Positions 1-12,100 of a stretch of 64,000 nt of DNA are shown piece by piece. Where the stretch lies: NCBI RefSeq assembly GCF_009914755.1, contig NC_060948.1. One strand, given 5' to 3'. The DNA comes from the human T2T-CHM13v2.0 reference genome, Homo sapiens. A program made the translations under genes and the position numbers. The notes beneath the pieces are model-generated. The model saw nothing but the letters and a program-made list of their open reading frames with translations. It did not search any database and had not been told where the DNA came from. Every line of letters begins with the position of its first letter. The first letter of the stretch is position 1.

Positions 1-607
1 GAAATCGAATGTAATGGAATCGCAAGGAATTGATGTGAACGGAACGGAATGGAATGGAATCCAAAGGAATGGAATAGAATGGAATGGAATCGAATGGAAA
101 GGACTCGAATGGAAATCACTCGAATAGAATGCAATTTAATAAAATAGGATCAAATGTAATTGAATAGAATGGAAAGGAATCGAAACGAAAGGAATGGAGA
201 CAGATGGAATGGAATGGAACAGAGAGCAATGGTATAGAATGGAATGGAATCATCTGGAATGGAATTGAATGGAATGGAATAATATGAAATGGAATGGAAT
301 GGAATGGAATGGAATGCCCTTGAATTAAATGGACTGGAATGGAATGGACTCGAACAGAGTGGAATGGAAAGTGTTGAGATAGAATGGAATGGACTCTTTT
401 GGAATGGTCTAGTATGCAATGCAATCGACTGGCAGGGAATCAAAAGGAATGTAATCGAATGGATTAGACTGGAATGCAATGGACTCGAATAGATTGGAAA
501 CGGAATGCAAAGGAATGGAATGGAATAGTATGGAATGGAATGGAAAGGAATGGAGTGGAATAGACTAGAGTGGAATGGAATGGACTGGAAAGCAATGGAC
601 TGGAATG

Positions 608-620
608 GAACTTTCTTGAA
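608..620. promoter_or_regulatory. Perfect 3-unit heat-shock element motif A, GAA-CT-TTC-TT-GAA (intact in 9 of 18 monomers)
   Basis: Exact match to nGAAnnTTCnnGAAn. Motif only; binding cannot be shown from sequence. Confidence 0.5.
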
Positions 621-2084
621 TGGACTGGAATCAAACGGAATGGAATGCAATGCAATCAAATGGCATGGAATAAAATAGAATGAAAGAGAATCAAATGGAA
701 TTGAATCGAATGGAATCGAATGGATTGGAAAGGAATAGAATGGAATGGAATGGAATTGACTCAAATGGAATGGACTAGAATGGAATGGATTCGAATGGAA
801 GGCAAAGGAATGGAATCTATTGGAATGGACTGTAATGGAATGGAATGGAAGGGATTGGAATGGACTCGAATGGAATGGACTGCAATAGAAAGGATTCGAA
901 TGGAATGAAAAAGAGTTGAATGGAATAGAACAGAATGGAATCAAATCGAATGAAATGGAATGGAATAGAAAGGAATGGAATGAAATGGAATGGAAAGGAT
1001 TCGAATGGAATGCAATCGAATGGAATGGAATCGAACGGAATGGAATAAAATGGAAGAAAACTGGCAAGAAATGGAATCGAAATGAATGGAGTGTTATGGA
1101 ACGGACTCAAAAGGAATTGAATGTAATAGAATGGAGTGGAGTGGACTCGAATATAATGGACTGGAATGGAATGAAATCACATGGAATGGGAACGAATGGA
1201 ATGGAATGGAAAGGAATGGAATCGAATGGAAAGGAATCGAATGGAAGGGAATGAAATTGAATCAACAGGAATGGAAGGGAATAGAATAGACGGTAATGGA
1301 ATGGACTCGAATAGAATGGACACGAATGCTCAAATTGAATGGACTCGAATGGAATGGAAACGAAAGGAATGTCATCGAATGGAATTGAATCGATTGGAAT
1401 GAAATCGCATAGAATGGAGTGGAATCAAATGGAATTGAATCGAAAGGAAAGGAAGCGAATGGACTGAAATGAAATGGAATGGAATTGAATGGAAAGTAAT
1501 GCAATGGAATAGAATGGAACGAAATTTCACGGAATGGAATCAAACTGAATGGAATCAAATCAATGGAATCAAATCAAATGGAATGGAAAGGAATTGAATG
1601 GAGTAGATTGGATTGGATGGGATTGGAATGAAATGTACTGGAAAGGACTCGAATTTCATGAAACGGAATGGAATGAATTGGAACGGAATGGACTCGAATG
1701 GAATGGAATGTCATGGAATGGCATCAAATGGAATGGCATCAAATGGAATGGAATCGAATGCAATGGAATGCTATGGAATGGAATGGAATGCATTGGAATG
1801 GAATGTCCTCTAATGGAATGGATTCGAGTGGAATGGAATCGAATATAATGGAGTCGAATGAAAAGGAATTGAAAGGAATGGGATCGAATACAATGGAATA
1901 TACTGGAATGTAATGTAATGAACTCGAATGTAATTGACTGGAATGGAATGTACATGAATGGAATGTAATCGAATGGAAAGTAATCCAATGGAATAGAATC
2001 TAATGCAATAAAATCGACTCAGATAGAGTAGAATGTAATGGAATGGAGTGCAGTGCAATGGAATGGAATGGAATGGAATGCAAT

Positions 2085-2134
2085 GGAATGGAATGGAATG
2101 GAATGGAATGGAATGGAATGGAATGGAATGGAAT
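2085..2134 (+). repeat. Pure (GGAAT)n microsatellite at a fixed position in each monomer (n=10 here, 2-11 across the window)
   Basis: Counted between the GCAAT and GGGAT pentamers following GGAGTGCAGTGC in all 18 monomers. Confidence 0.9.
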
Positions 2135-2865
2135 GGGATGGAATGGTATGGAATGGATAGTAATGGACTGGAATGAAATGGACTGGAAAAGAATGGACTC
2201 AAATTGAAAGGGCTCGAAAGGAATGGAGTCAAATGGAATGGTCTGGAATGGAATGAACACGAATGTAATGCAATCCAATAGAATGGAATCGAATGGCATG
2301 GAATATAAAGAAATGGAATCGAAGAGAATGGAAACAAATGGAATGGAATTGAATGGAATGGAATTGAATGGAATGGGAGCGAATGGAGTGAAATTGTATG
2401 CAGTAGAAGAGAATAGAATGGAATTCAAGCGAAAGGAAAGGAATGGATTGCAATGGAATGGAATTCATTGGAATGGAAGGGAATGTAGTGTAATGGACAG
2501 GCCTGGAATAAAGTGGAATGTTACGGTCTCGAATGGAATAAAAATGTATGGAATGGAATGCAATGAAACGGAATCGAATGTCATAGAATGTAATGGAATG
2601 CAAAAAAATGGAATCCAAAATCATTGACAGGAAAGGCTGGGTGTCGAAAGGAATTGACTCCAATGGAATGGAATCGAATGGAATGGAAGTGAATAGAATC
2701 GAACTAAATCGAATGGAATGGAATTGATAGGAACGGAATGGAAAGGAATGCAATGATTTGGCATGGAATGGAATCGAATGGCATCGAATGGAATGCAATG
2801 GAATGGAATGTATTAGAATGTAATGAACTTTAATGGAATGCACTCGAATGGATTCGACTGGAATG

Positions 2866-2878
2866 GAATGTTCTGGAA
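2866..2878. promoter_or_regulatory. Perfect 3-unit heat-shock element motif B, GAA-TG-TTC-TG-GAA (intact in 17 of 18 monomers)
   Basis: Exact match to the HSE consensus; lost only at ~31309 (GTTAT). Motif only. Confidence 0.55.
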
Positions 2879-3130
2879 GTGAATGGACTCCAATGGAATG
2901 GATTCAAAAGGAATGGAATCGTACGGAATGGAATCTAATGGAATGGAATTAAATGGAAATGAATCAAATTGAATAGCACGGAATTGAATTGAAAGGAATG
3001 GAATGCAATGGAATCTAATGAAACGGAAAGGAAAGGAATGGAATGGAATGGAATGGGCTGGAATGGAAAGGAATCGAAACGAATGGAATGGAATTGAAGT
3101 GAAGAGACTGCAATGGAATGCACTGGAATG

Positions 3131-3143
3131 GAAGGTTCTCGAA
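3131..3143. promoter_or_regulatory. Perfect 3-unit heat-shock element motif C, GAA-RG-TTC-TC-GAA (intact in 18 of 18 monomers)
   Basis: Exact match to the HSE consensus, also at 6684-6696 and 63101-63113; the only variant (GAAAGTTCTCGAA) changes a spacer base. Motif only. Confidence 0.55.
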
Positions 3144-6100
3144 AAAAATGGAATCGAATGGAATGGAATTGAATGGAACGGAATAGTGTCGAATGGAATT
3201 GAATGGAATGGAATGGACTAGAGTGAAATGGAATCGAACCACAAGGAATGGACAGGAATAGAATGGTCTCGAATTGAATGGAATCGTATGGAATGGCATC
3301 AAACGGAATGGAATGGACAGCCACGGAATGGAATGCACTCGAATGCAATGGAGTCGAAACTAATGGACTGGAATAGAATGGACTCGACTGGTACGGACTC
3401 CAATGGAATGGAATCGAATGGAAGGGAATCGAATGGAAGGGAATCGAACGGAATGGACTCGAAGGGAAAAGACTGCAATGGAAAGGTCTCGAATGGAATG
3501 GAAATTAATGGAATGGAGTGGAATCGAATGAAATGGAGTCAAAAGGAATGGAATCGAATGGCAAGAAATCGAATGTAATGGAATCGCCAGGAATTGATGT
3601 GAACGGAACGGAATGGAATGGAATCCAAAGGAATGGAATAGAATGGAATGGAATCGAATGGAAAGGACTCGAATGGAAATCACTCGAATAGAATGCAATT
3701 TAATAAAATAGGATCAAATGTAATGGAATGGAATGGAAAGGAATCGAAAGAAAGGAATGGAGACAGATGGAATGGAATGGAACAGAGAACAATGGTATAG
3801 AATGGAATGGAATCATCTGGAATGGAATTGAATGGAATGGAATAATATGAAATGGAATGGAATGGAATGGAATGGAATGCCCTTGAATTAAATGGACTGG
3901 AATGGAATGGACTCAAACAGAGTGGAATGGAAAGTGTGGAGATAGAATGGAATGAACTCCTTTGGAATGGTGTAGTATGCAATGCAATCGACTGGCAGGG
4001 AATCAAAAGGAATGTAATCGAATGGATTGGACTGGAATGCAATGGACTCGAATAGATTGGAAACGGAATGCAAAGGAATGGAATGGAATAGTATGGAATG
4101 CAATGGAAGGGAATGGAGTGGAATAGACTAGAGTGGAATGGAATGGACTGGAAAGCAATGGACTGGAATGGAACTTTCTTGGATGGACTGGAATCAAACG
4201 GAATAGAATGCAATGCAATCAAATGGCATGGAATAAAATAGAATGAAAGAGAATCAAATGGAATTGAATCGAATGGAATCGAATGGATTGGAAAGGAATA
4301 GAATGGAATGGAATGGAATTGACTCAAATGGAATGGACTAGAATGGAATGGATTCGAATGGAAGGCAAAGGAATGGAATCTATTGGAATGGACTGTAATG
4401 GAATGGAATGGAAGGGATTGGAATGGACTCGAATGGAATGGACTGCAATAGAAAGGATTCGAATGGAATGAAAAAGAATTGAATGGAATAGAACAGAATG
4501 GAATCAAATCGAATGAAATGGAATGGAATAGAAAGGAATGGAATGAAATGGAATGGAAAGGATTCGAATGGAATGCAATCGAATGGAATGGAATCGAACG
4601 GAATGGAATAAAATGGAAGAAAACTGGCAAGAAATGGAATCGAAATGAATGGAGTGTTATGGAACGGACTCAAAAGGAATTGAATGTAATAGAATGGAGT
4701 GGAGTGGACTCGAATATAATGGACTGGAATGGAATGAAATCACATGGAATGGGAACGAATGGAATGGAATGGAAAGGAATGGAATCGAATGGAAAGGAAT
4801 CGAATGGAAGGGAATGAAATTGAATCAACAGGAATGGAAGGGAATAGAATAGACTGTAATGGAATGGACTCGAATAGAATGGACACGAATGCTCAAATTA
4901 AATGGACTCGAATGGAATGGAAACGAAAGGAATGTCATCGAATGGAATTGAATCGATTGGAATGAAATCGCATAGAATGCAGTGGAATCAAATGGAATTG
5001 AATCGAAAGGAAAGGAAGCGAATGGACTGAAATAAAATGGAATGGAATTGAATGGAAAGTAATGCAATGGAATAGAATGGAACGAAATTTCACGGAATGG
5101 AATCAAACTGAATGGAATCAAATCAATGGAATCAAATCAAATGGAATGGAAAGGAATTGAATGGAGTAGATGGGATTGGATGGGATTGGAATGAAATGTA
5201 CTGGAAAGGACTCGAATTTCATGAAACGGAATGGAATGAATTGGAACGGAATGGACTCGAATGGAATGGAATGTCATGGGATGGCATCAAATGGAATGAC
5301 ATCAAATGGAATGGAATCGAATGCAATGGAATGCTATGGAATGGAATGGAATGCATTGGAATGGAATGTCCTCTAATGGAATGGATTCGAGTGGAATGGA
5401 ATTGAATATAATGGAGTCGAATGAAATGGAATTGAAAGGAATGGGATCGAATACAATGGAATATACTGGAATGTAACGTAATGAACTCGAATGTAATTGA
5501 CTGGAATGGAATGTACATGAATGGAATGTAATCGAATGGAAAGTAATCCAATGGAATAGAATCTAATGCAATAAAATCGACTCAGATAGAGTAGAATGTA
5601 ATGGAATGGAGTGCAGTGCAATGGAATGGAATGGAATGGAATGCAATGGAATGGAATGGAATGGAATGGAATGGAATGGGATGGAATGGTATGGAATGGA
5701 TAGTAATGGACTGGAGTGAAATGGACTGGAAAGGAATGGACTCAAATTGAAAGGTCTCGAAAGGAATGGAGTCAAATGGAATGGTCTGGAATGGAATGAA
5801 CACGAATGTAATGCAACCCAATAGAATGGAATCGAATGGCATGGAATATAAAGAAATGGAATCGAAGAGAATGGAAACAAATGGAATGGAATTGAATGGA
5901 ATGGGAACGAATGGAGTGAAATTGTATGCAGTAGAACAGAATAGAATGGAATTCAAGCGAAAGGAAAGGAATGGATTGCAATGGAATGGAATTCATTGGA
6001 ATGGAAGGGAATGTAGTGTAATGGACAGGCCTGGAATAAAGTGGAATGTTACGGTCTCGAATGGAATAAAAATGTATGGAATGGAATGCAATGAAACGGA

Positions 6101-9100
6101 ATCGAATGTCATAGAATGTAATGGAATGAAAAAAAATGGAATCCAAAATCATTGACTGGAAAGGCTGGGTGTCGAAAGGAATTGACTCCAATGGAATGGA
6201 ATCGAATGGAATGGAAGTGAATAGAATCGAACTAAATCGAATGGAATGGAATTGATAGGAACGGAATGGAAAGGAATGCAATGATTTGGCATGGAATGGA
6301 ATCGAATGGCATCGAATGGAATGGAATGGAATGCAATGGAATGGAATATATTAGAATGTAATGAACATTAATGGAATGTACTCGAATGGATTCGACTGGA
6401 ATGGAATGTTCTGGAAGTGAATGGACTCCAATGGAATGGATTCGAAAGGAATGGAATCGAACGGAATGGAATCTAATGGAATGGAATTAAATGGAAATGA
6501 ATCAAATTGAATAGCACGGAATTGAATTGAATGGAATCGAATGCAATGGAATCTAATGAAACGGAAAGGAAAGGAATGGAATGGAATGGAATGGGCTGGA
6601 ATGGAAAGGAATCGAAACGAATGGAATGGAATCGAACTGAAGAGACTGGAATGGAATGCACTGGAATGGAAGGGAGTGTAATGGAAGGTTCTCGAAAATA
6701 ATGGAAGCAAATGGAATGGAATTGAATGGAACGGAATAGAGTCGAATGGAATTGAATGGAATGGAATGGACTAGAGTGAAATGGAATCGAACCACAAGGA
6801 ATGGACAGGAATAGAATGGTCTCGAATTGAATGGAATCGTATGGAATGGCATCAAACGGAATGGAATGGACAGCCACGGAATGGAATGCACTCGAATGCA
6901 ATGGAGTCGAAACTTATGGACTGGAATAGAATGGACTCGACTGGTACGGACTCCAATGGAATGGAATCGAATGGAAGGGATTCGAACGGAATGGACTCGA
7001 AGGGAAAAGACTGCAATGGAAAGGTCTCGAATGGAATGGAAATTAATGGAATGGAATGGAATCGAATGAAATGGAGTCAAAAGGAATGGAATCGAATGGC
7101 AAGAAATCGAATGTAATGGAATCGTAAGGAATTGATGTGAACGGAACGGAATGGAATGGAATCCAAAGGAATGGAATAGAATGGAATGGAATCGAATGGA
7201 AAGGACTCGAATGGAAATCACTCGAATAGAATGCAATTTAATAAAATAGGATCAAATGTAATTGAATGGAATGGAAAGGAATCGAAACGAAAGGAATGGA
7301 GACAGATGGAATGGAATGGAACAGAGAGCAATGGTATAGAATGGAATGGAATCATCTGGAATGGAATTGAATGGAATGGAATAATATGAAATGGAATGGA
7401 ATGGAATGGAATGGAATGCCCTTGAATTAAATGGACTGGAATGGAATGGACTCGAACAGAGTGGAATGGAAAGTGTTGAGATAGAATGGAATGAACTCTT
7501 TTGGAATGGTGTAGTATGCAATGCAATCGACTGGCAGGGAATCAAAAGGAATGTAATGGAATGGACTGGACTGGAATGCAATGGACTCGAATAGATTGGA
7601 AACTGAATGCAAAGGAATGGAATGGAATAGTATGGAATGGAATGGAAAGGAATGGAGTGGAATAGACTAGAGTGGAATGGAATGGACTGGAAAGCAATGG
7701 ACTGGAATGGAACTTTCTTGAATGGACTGGAATCAAACGGAATGGAATGCAATGCAATCAAATCGCATGGAATAAAATAGAATGAAAGAGAATCAAATGG
7801 AATTGAATCGAATGGAATCGAATGGATTGGAAAGGAATAGAATGGAATGGAATGGAATTGACTCAAATGGAATGGACTAGAATGGAATGGATTCGAATGG
7901 AAGGCAAAGGAATGGAATCTATTGGAATGGACTGTAATGGAATGGAATGGAAGGGATTGGAATGGACTCGAATGGAATGGACTGCAATAGAAAGGATTCG
8001 AATGGAATGAAAAAGAGTTGAATGGAATAGAACAGAATGGAATCAAATCGAATGAAATGGAATGGAATAGAAAGGAATGGAATGAAATGGAATGGAAAGG
8101 ATTCGAATGGAATGCAATCGAATGGAATGGAATCGAACGGAATGGAATAAAATGGAAGAAAACTGGCAAGAAATGGAATCGAAATGAATGGAGTGTTATG
8201 GAACGGACTCAAAAGGAATTGAATGTAATAGAATGGAGTGGAGTGGACTCGAATATAATGGACTGGAATGGAATGAAATCACATGGAATGGGAACGAATG
8301 GAATGGAATGGAAAGGAATGGAATCGAATGGAAAGGAATCGAATGGAAGGGAATGAAATTGAATCAACAGGAATGGAAGGGAATAGAATAGACGGTAATG
8401 GAATGGACTCGAATAGAATGGACACGAATGCTCAAATTGAATGGACTCGAATGGAATGGAAACGAAAGGAATGTCATCGAATGGAATTGAATCGATTGGA
8501 ATGAAATCGCATAGAATGGAGTGGAATCAAATGGAATTGAATCGAAAGGAAAGGAAGCGAATGGACTGAAATGAAATGGAATGGAATTGAATGGAAAGTA
8601 ATGCAATGGAATAGAATGGAACGAAATTTCACGGAATGGAATCAAACTGAATGGAATCAAATCAATGGAATCAAATCAAATGGAATGGAAAGGAATTGAA
8701 TGGAGTAGATTGGATTGGATGGGATTGGAATGAAATGTACTGGAAAGGACTCGAATTTCATGAAACGGAATGGAATGAATTGGAACGGAATGGACTCGAA
8801 TGGAATGGAATGTCATGGAATGGCATCAAATGGAATGGCATCAAATGGAATGGAATCGAATGCAATGGAATGCTATGGAATGGAATGGAATGCATTGGAA
8901 TGGAATGTCCTCTAATGGAATGGATTCGAGTGGAATGGAATCGAATATAATGGAGTCGAATGAAAAGGAATTGAAAGGAATGGGATCGAATACAATGGAA
9001 TATACTGGAATGTAATGTAATGAACTCGAATGTAATTGACTGGAATGGAATGTACATGAATGGAATGTAATCGAATGGAAAGTAATCCAATGGAATAGAA

Positions 9101-12100
9101 TCTAATGCAATAAAATCGACTCAGATAGAGTAGAATGTAATGGAATGGAGTGCAGTGCGATGGAATGGAATGGAATGGAATGGAATGCAATGGAATGGAA
9201 TGGAATGGAATGGAATGGAATGGAATGGAATGGAATGGAATGGGATGGAATGGTATGGAATGGATAGTAATGGACTGGAATGAAATGGACTGGAAAAGAA
9301 TGGACTCAAATTGAAAGGGCTCGAAAGGAATGGAGTCAAATGGAATGGTCTGGAATGGAATGAACACGAATGTAATGCAATCCAATAGAATGGAATCGAA
9401 TGGCATGGAATATAAAGAAATGGAATCGAAGAGAATGGAAACAAATGGAATGGAATTGAATGGAATGGAATTGAATGGAATGGGAACGAATGGAGTGAAA
9501 TTGTATGCAGTAGAAGAGAATAGAATGGAATTCAAGCGAAAGGAAAGGAATGGATTGCAATGGAATGGAATTCATTGGAATGGAAGGGAATGTAGTGTAA
9601 TGGACAGGCCTGGAATAAAGTGGAATGTTACGGTCTCGAATGGAATAAAAATGTATGGAATGGAATGCAATGAAACGGAATCGAATGTCATAGAATGTAA
9701 TGGAATGCAAAAAAATGGAATCCAAAATCATTGACAGGAAAGGCTGGGTGTCGAAAGGAATTGACTCCAATGGAATGGAATCGAATGGAATGGAAGTGAA
9801 TAGAATCGAACTAAATCGAATGGAATGGAATTGATAGGAACGGAATGGAAAGGAATGCAATGATTTGGCATGGAATGGAATCGAATGGCATCGAATGGAA
9901 TGCAATGGAATGGAATGTATTAGAATGTAATGAACTTTAATGGAATGTACTCGAATGGATTCGACTGGAATGGAATGTTCTGGAAGTGAATGGACTCCAA
10001 TGGAATGGATTCAAAAGGAATGGAATCGTACGGAATGGAATCTAATGGAATGGAATTAAATGGAAATGAATCAAATTGAATAGCACGGAATTGAATTGAA
10101 TGGAATGGAATGCAATGGAATCTAATGAAACGGAAAGGAAAGGAATGGAATGGAATGGAATGGGCTGGAATGGAAAGGAATCGAAACGAATGGAATGGAA
10201 TCGAACTGAAGAGACTGCAATGGAATGCACTGGAATGGAAGGTTCTCGAAATAAATGGAATCGAATGGAATGGAATTGAATGGAACGGAATAGTGTCGAA
10301 TGGAATTGAATGGAATGGAATGGACTAGAGTGAAATGGAATCGAACCACAAGGAATGGACAGGAATAGAATGGTCTCGAATTGAATGGAATCGTATGGAA
10401 TGGCATCAAACGGAATGGAATGGACAGCCACGGAATGGAATGCACTCGAATGCAATGGAGTCGAAACTAATGGACTGGAATAGAATGGACTCGACTGGTA
10501 CGGACTCCAATGTAATGGAATCGAATGGAAGGGAATCGAACGGAAGGGAATCGAACGGAATGGACTCGAAGGGAAAAGACTGCAATGGAAAGGTCTCGAA
10601 TGGAATGGAAATTAATGGAATGGAGTGGAATCGAATGAAATGGAGTCAAAAGGAATGGAATCGAATGGCAAGAAATCGAATGTAATGGAATCGCCAGGAA
10701 TTGATGTGAACGGAACGGAATGGAATGGAATCCAAAGGAATGGAATAGAATGGAATGGAATCGAATGGAAAAGGACTCGAATGGAAATCACTCGAATAGA
10801 ATGCAATTTAATAAAATAGGATCAAATGTAATGGAATGGAATGGAAAGGAATCGAAAGAAAGGAATGGAGACAGATGGAATGGAATGGAACAGAGAACAA
10901 TGGTATAGAATGGAATGGAATCATCTGGAATGGAATTGAATGGAATGGAATAATATGAAATGGAATGGAATGGAATGGAATGGAATGCCCTTGAATTAAA
11001 TGGACTGGAATGGAATGGACTCAAACAGAGTGGAATGGAAAGTGTGGAGATAGAATGGAATGAACTCCTTTGGAATGGTGTAGTATGCAATGCAATCGAC
11101 TGGCAGGGAATCAAAAGGAATGTAATCGAATGGATTGGACTGGAATGCAATGGACTCGAATAGATTGGAAACGGAATGCAAAGGAATGGAATGGAATAGT
11201 ATGGAATGCAATGGAAGGGAATGGAGTGGAATAGACTAGAGTGGAATGGAATGGACTGGAAAGCAATGGACTGGAATGGAACTTTCTTGAATGGACTGGA
11301 ATCAAACGGAATGGAATGCAATGCAATCAAATGGCATGGAATAAAATAGAATGAAAGAGAATCAAATGGAATTGAATCGAATGGAATCGAATGGATTGGA
11401 AAGGAATAGAATGGAATGGAATGGAATTGACTCAAATGGAATGGACTAGAATGGAATGGATTCGAATGGAAGGCAAAGGAATGGAATCTATTGGAATGGA
11501 CTGTAATGGAATGGAATGGAAGGGATTGGAATGGACTCGAATGGAATGGACTGCAATAGAAAGGATTCGAATGGAATGAAAAAGAATTGAATGGAATAGA
11601 ACAGAATGGAATCAAATCGAATGAAATGGAATGGAATAGAAAGGAATGGAATGAAATGGAATGGAAAGGATTCGAATGGAATGCAATCGAATGGAATGGA
11701 ATCGAACGGAATGGAATAAAATGGAAGAAAACTGGCAAGAAATGGAATCGAAATGAATGGAGTGTTATGGAACGGACTCAAAAGGAATTGAATGTAATAG
11801 AATGGAGTGGAGTGGACTCGAATATAATGGACTGGAATGGAATGAAATCACATGGAATGGGAACGAATGGAATGGAATGGAAAGGAATGGAATCGAATGG
11901 AAAGGAATCGAATGGAAGGGAATGAAATTGAATCAACAGGAATGGAAGGGAATAGAATAGACGGTAATGGAATGGACTCGAATAGAATGGACACGAATGC
12001 TCAAATTAAATGGACTCGAATGGAATGGAAACGAAAGGAATGTCATCGAATGGAATTGAATCGATTGGAATGAAATCGCATAGAATGGAGTGGAATCAAA

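Noticed and set aside
138-2545. AATAAA polyadenylation-like hexamers and other promoter or splice-like words recurring in each monomer
   Set aside because: They arise trivially from GGAAT followed by an A-rich pentamer. Yq12 satellite transcripts have been reported, but no transcript boundaries can be inferred from this sequence.
1-3560. Possible internal ~1.8 kb dimer within the monomer (e.g. AATAAAAT motifs at ~138 and ~2007)
   Set aside because: The similarity is not distinguishable by eye from pentamer background; it needs autocorrelation of non-consensus pentamers.
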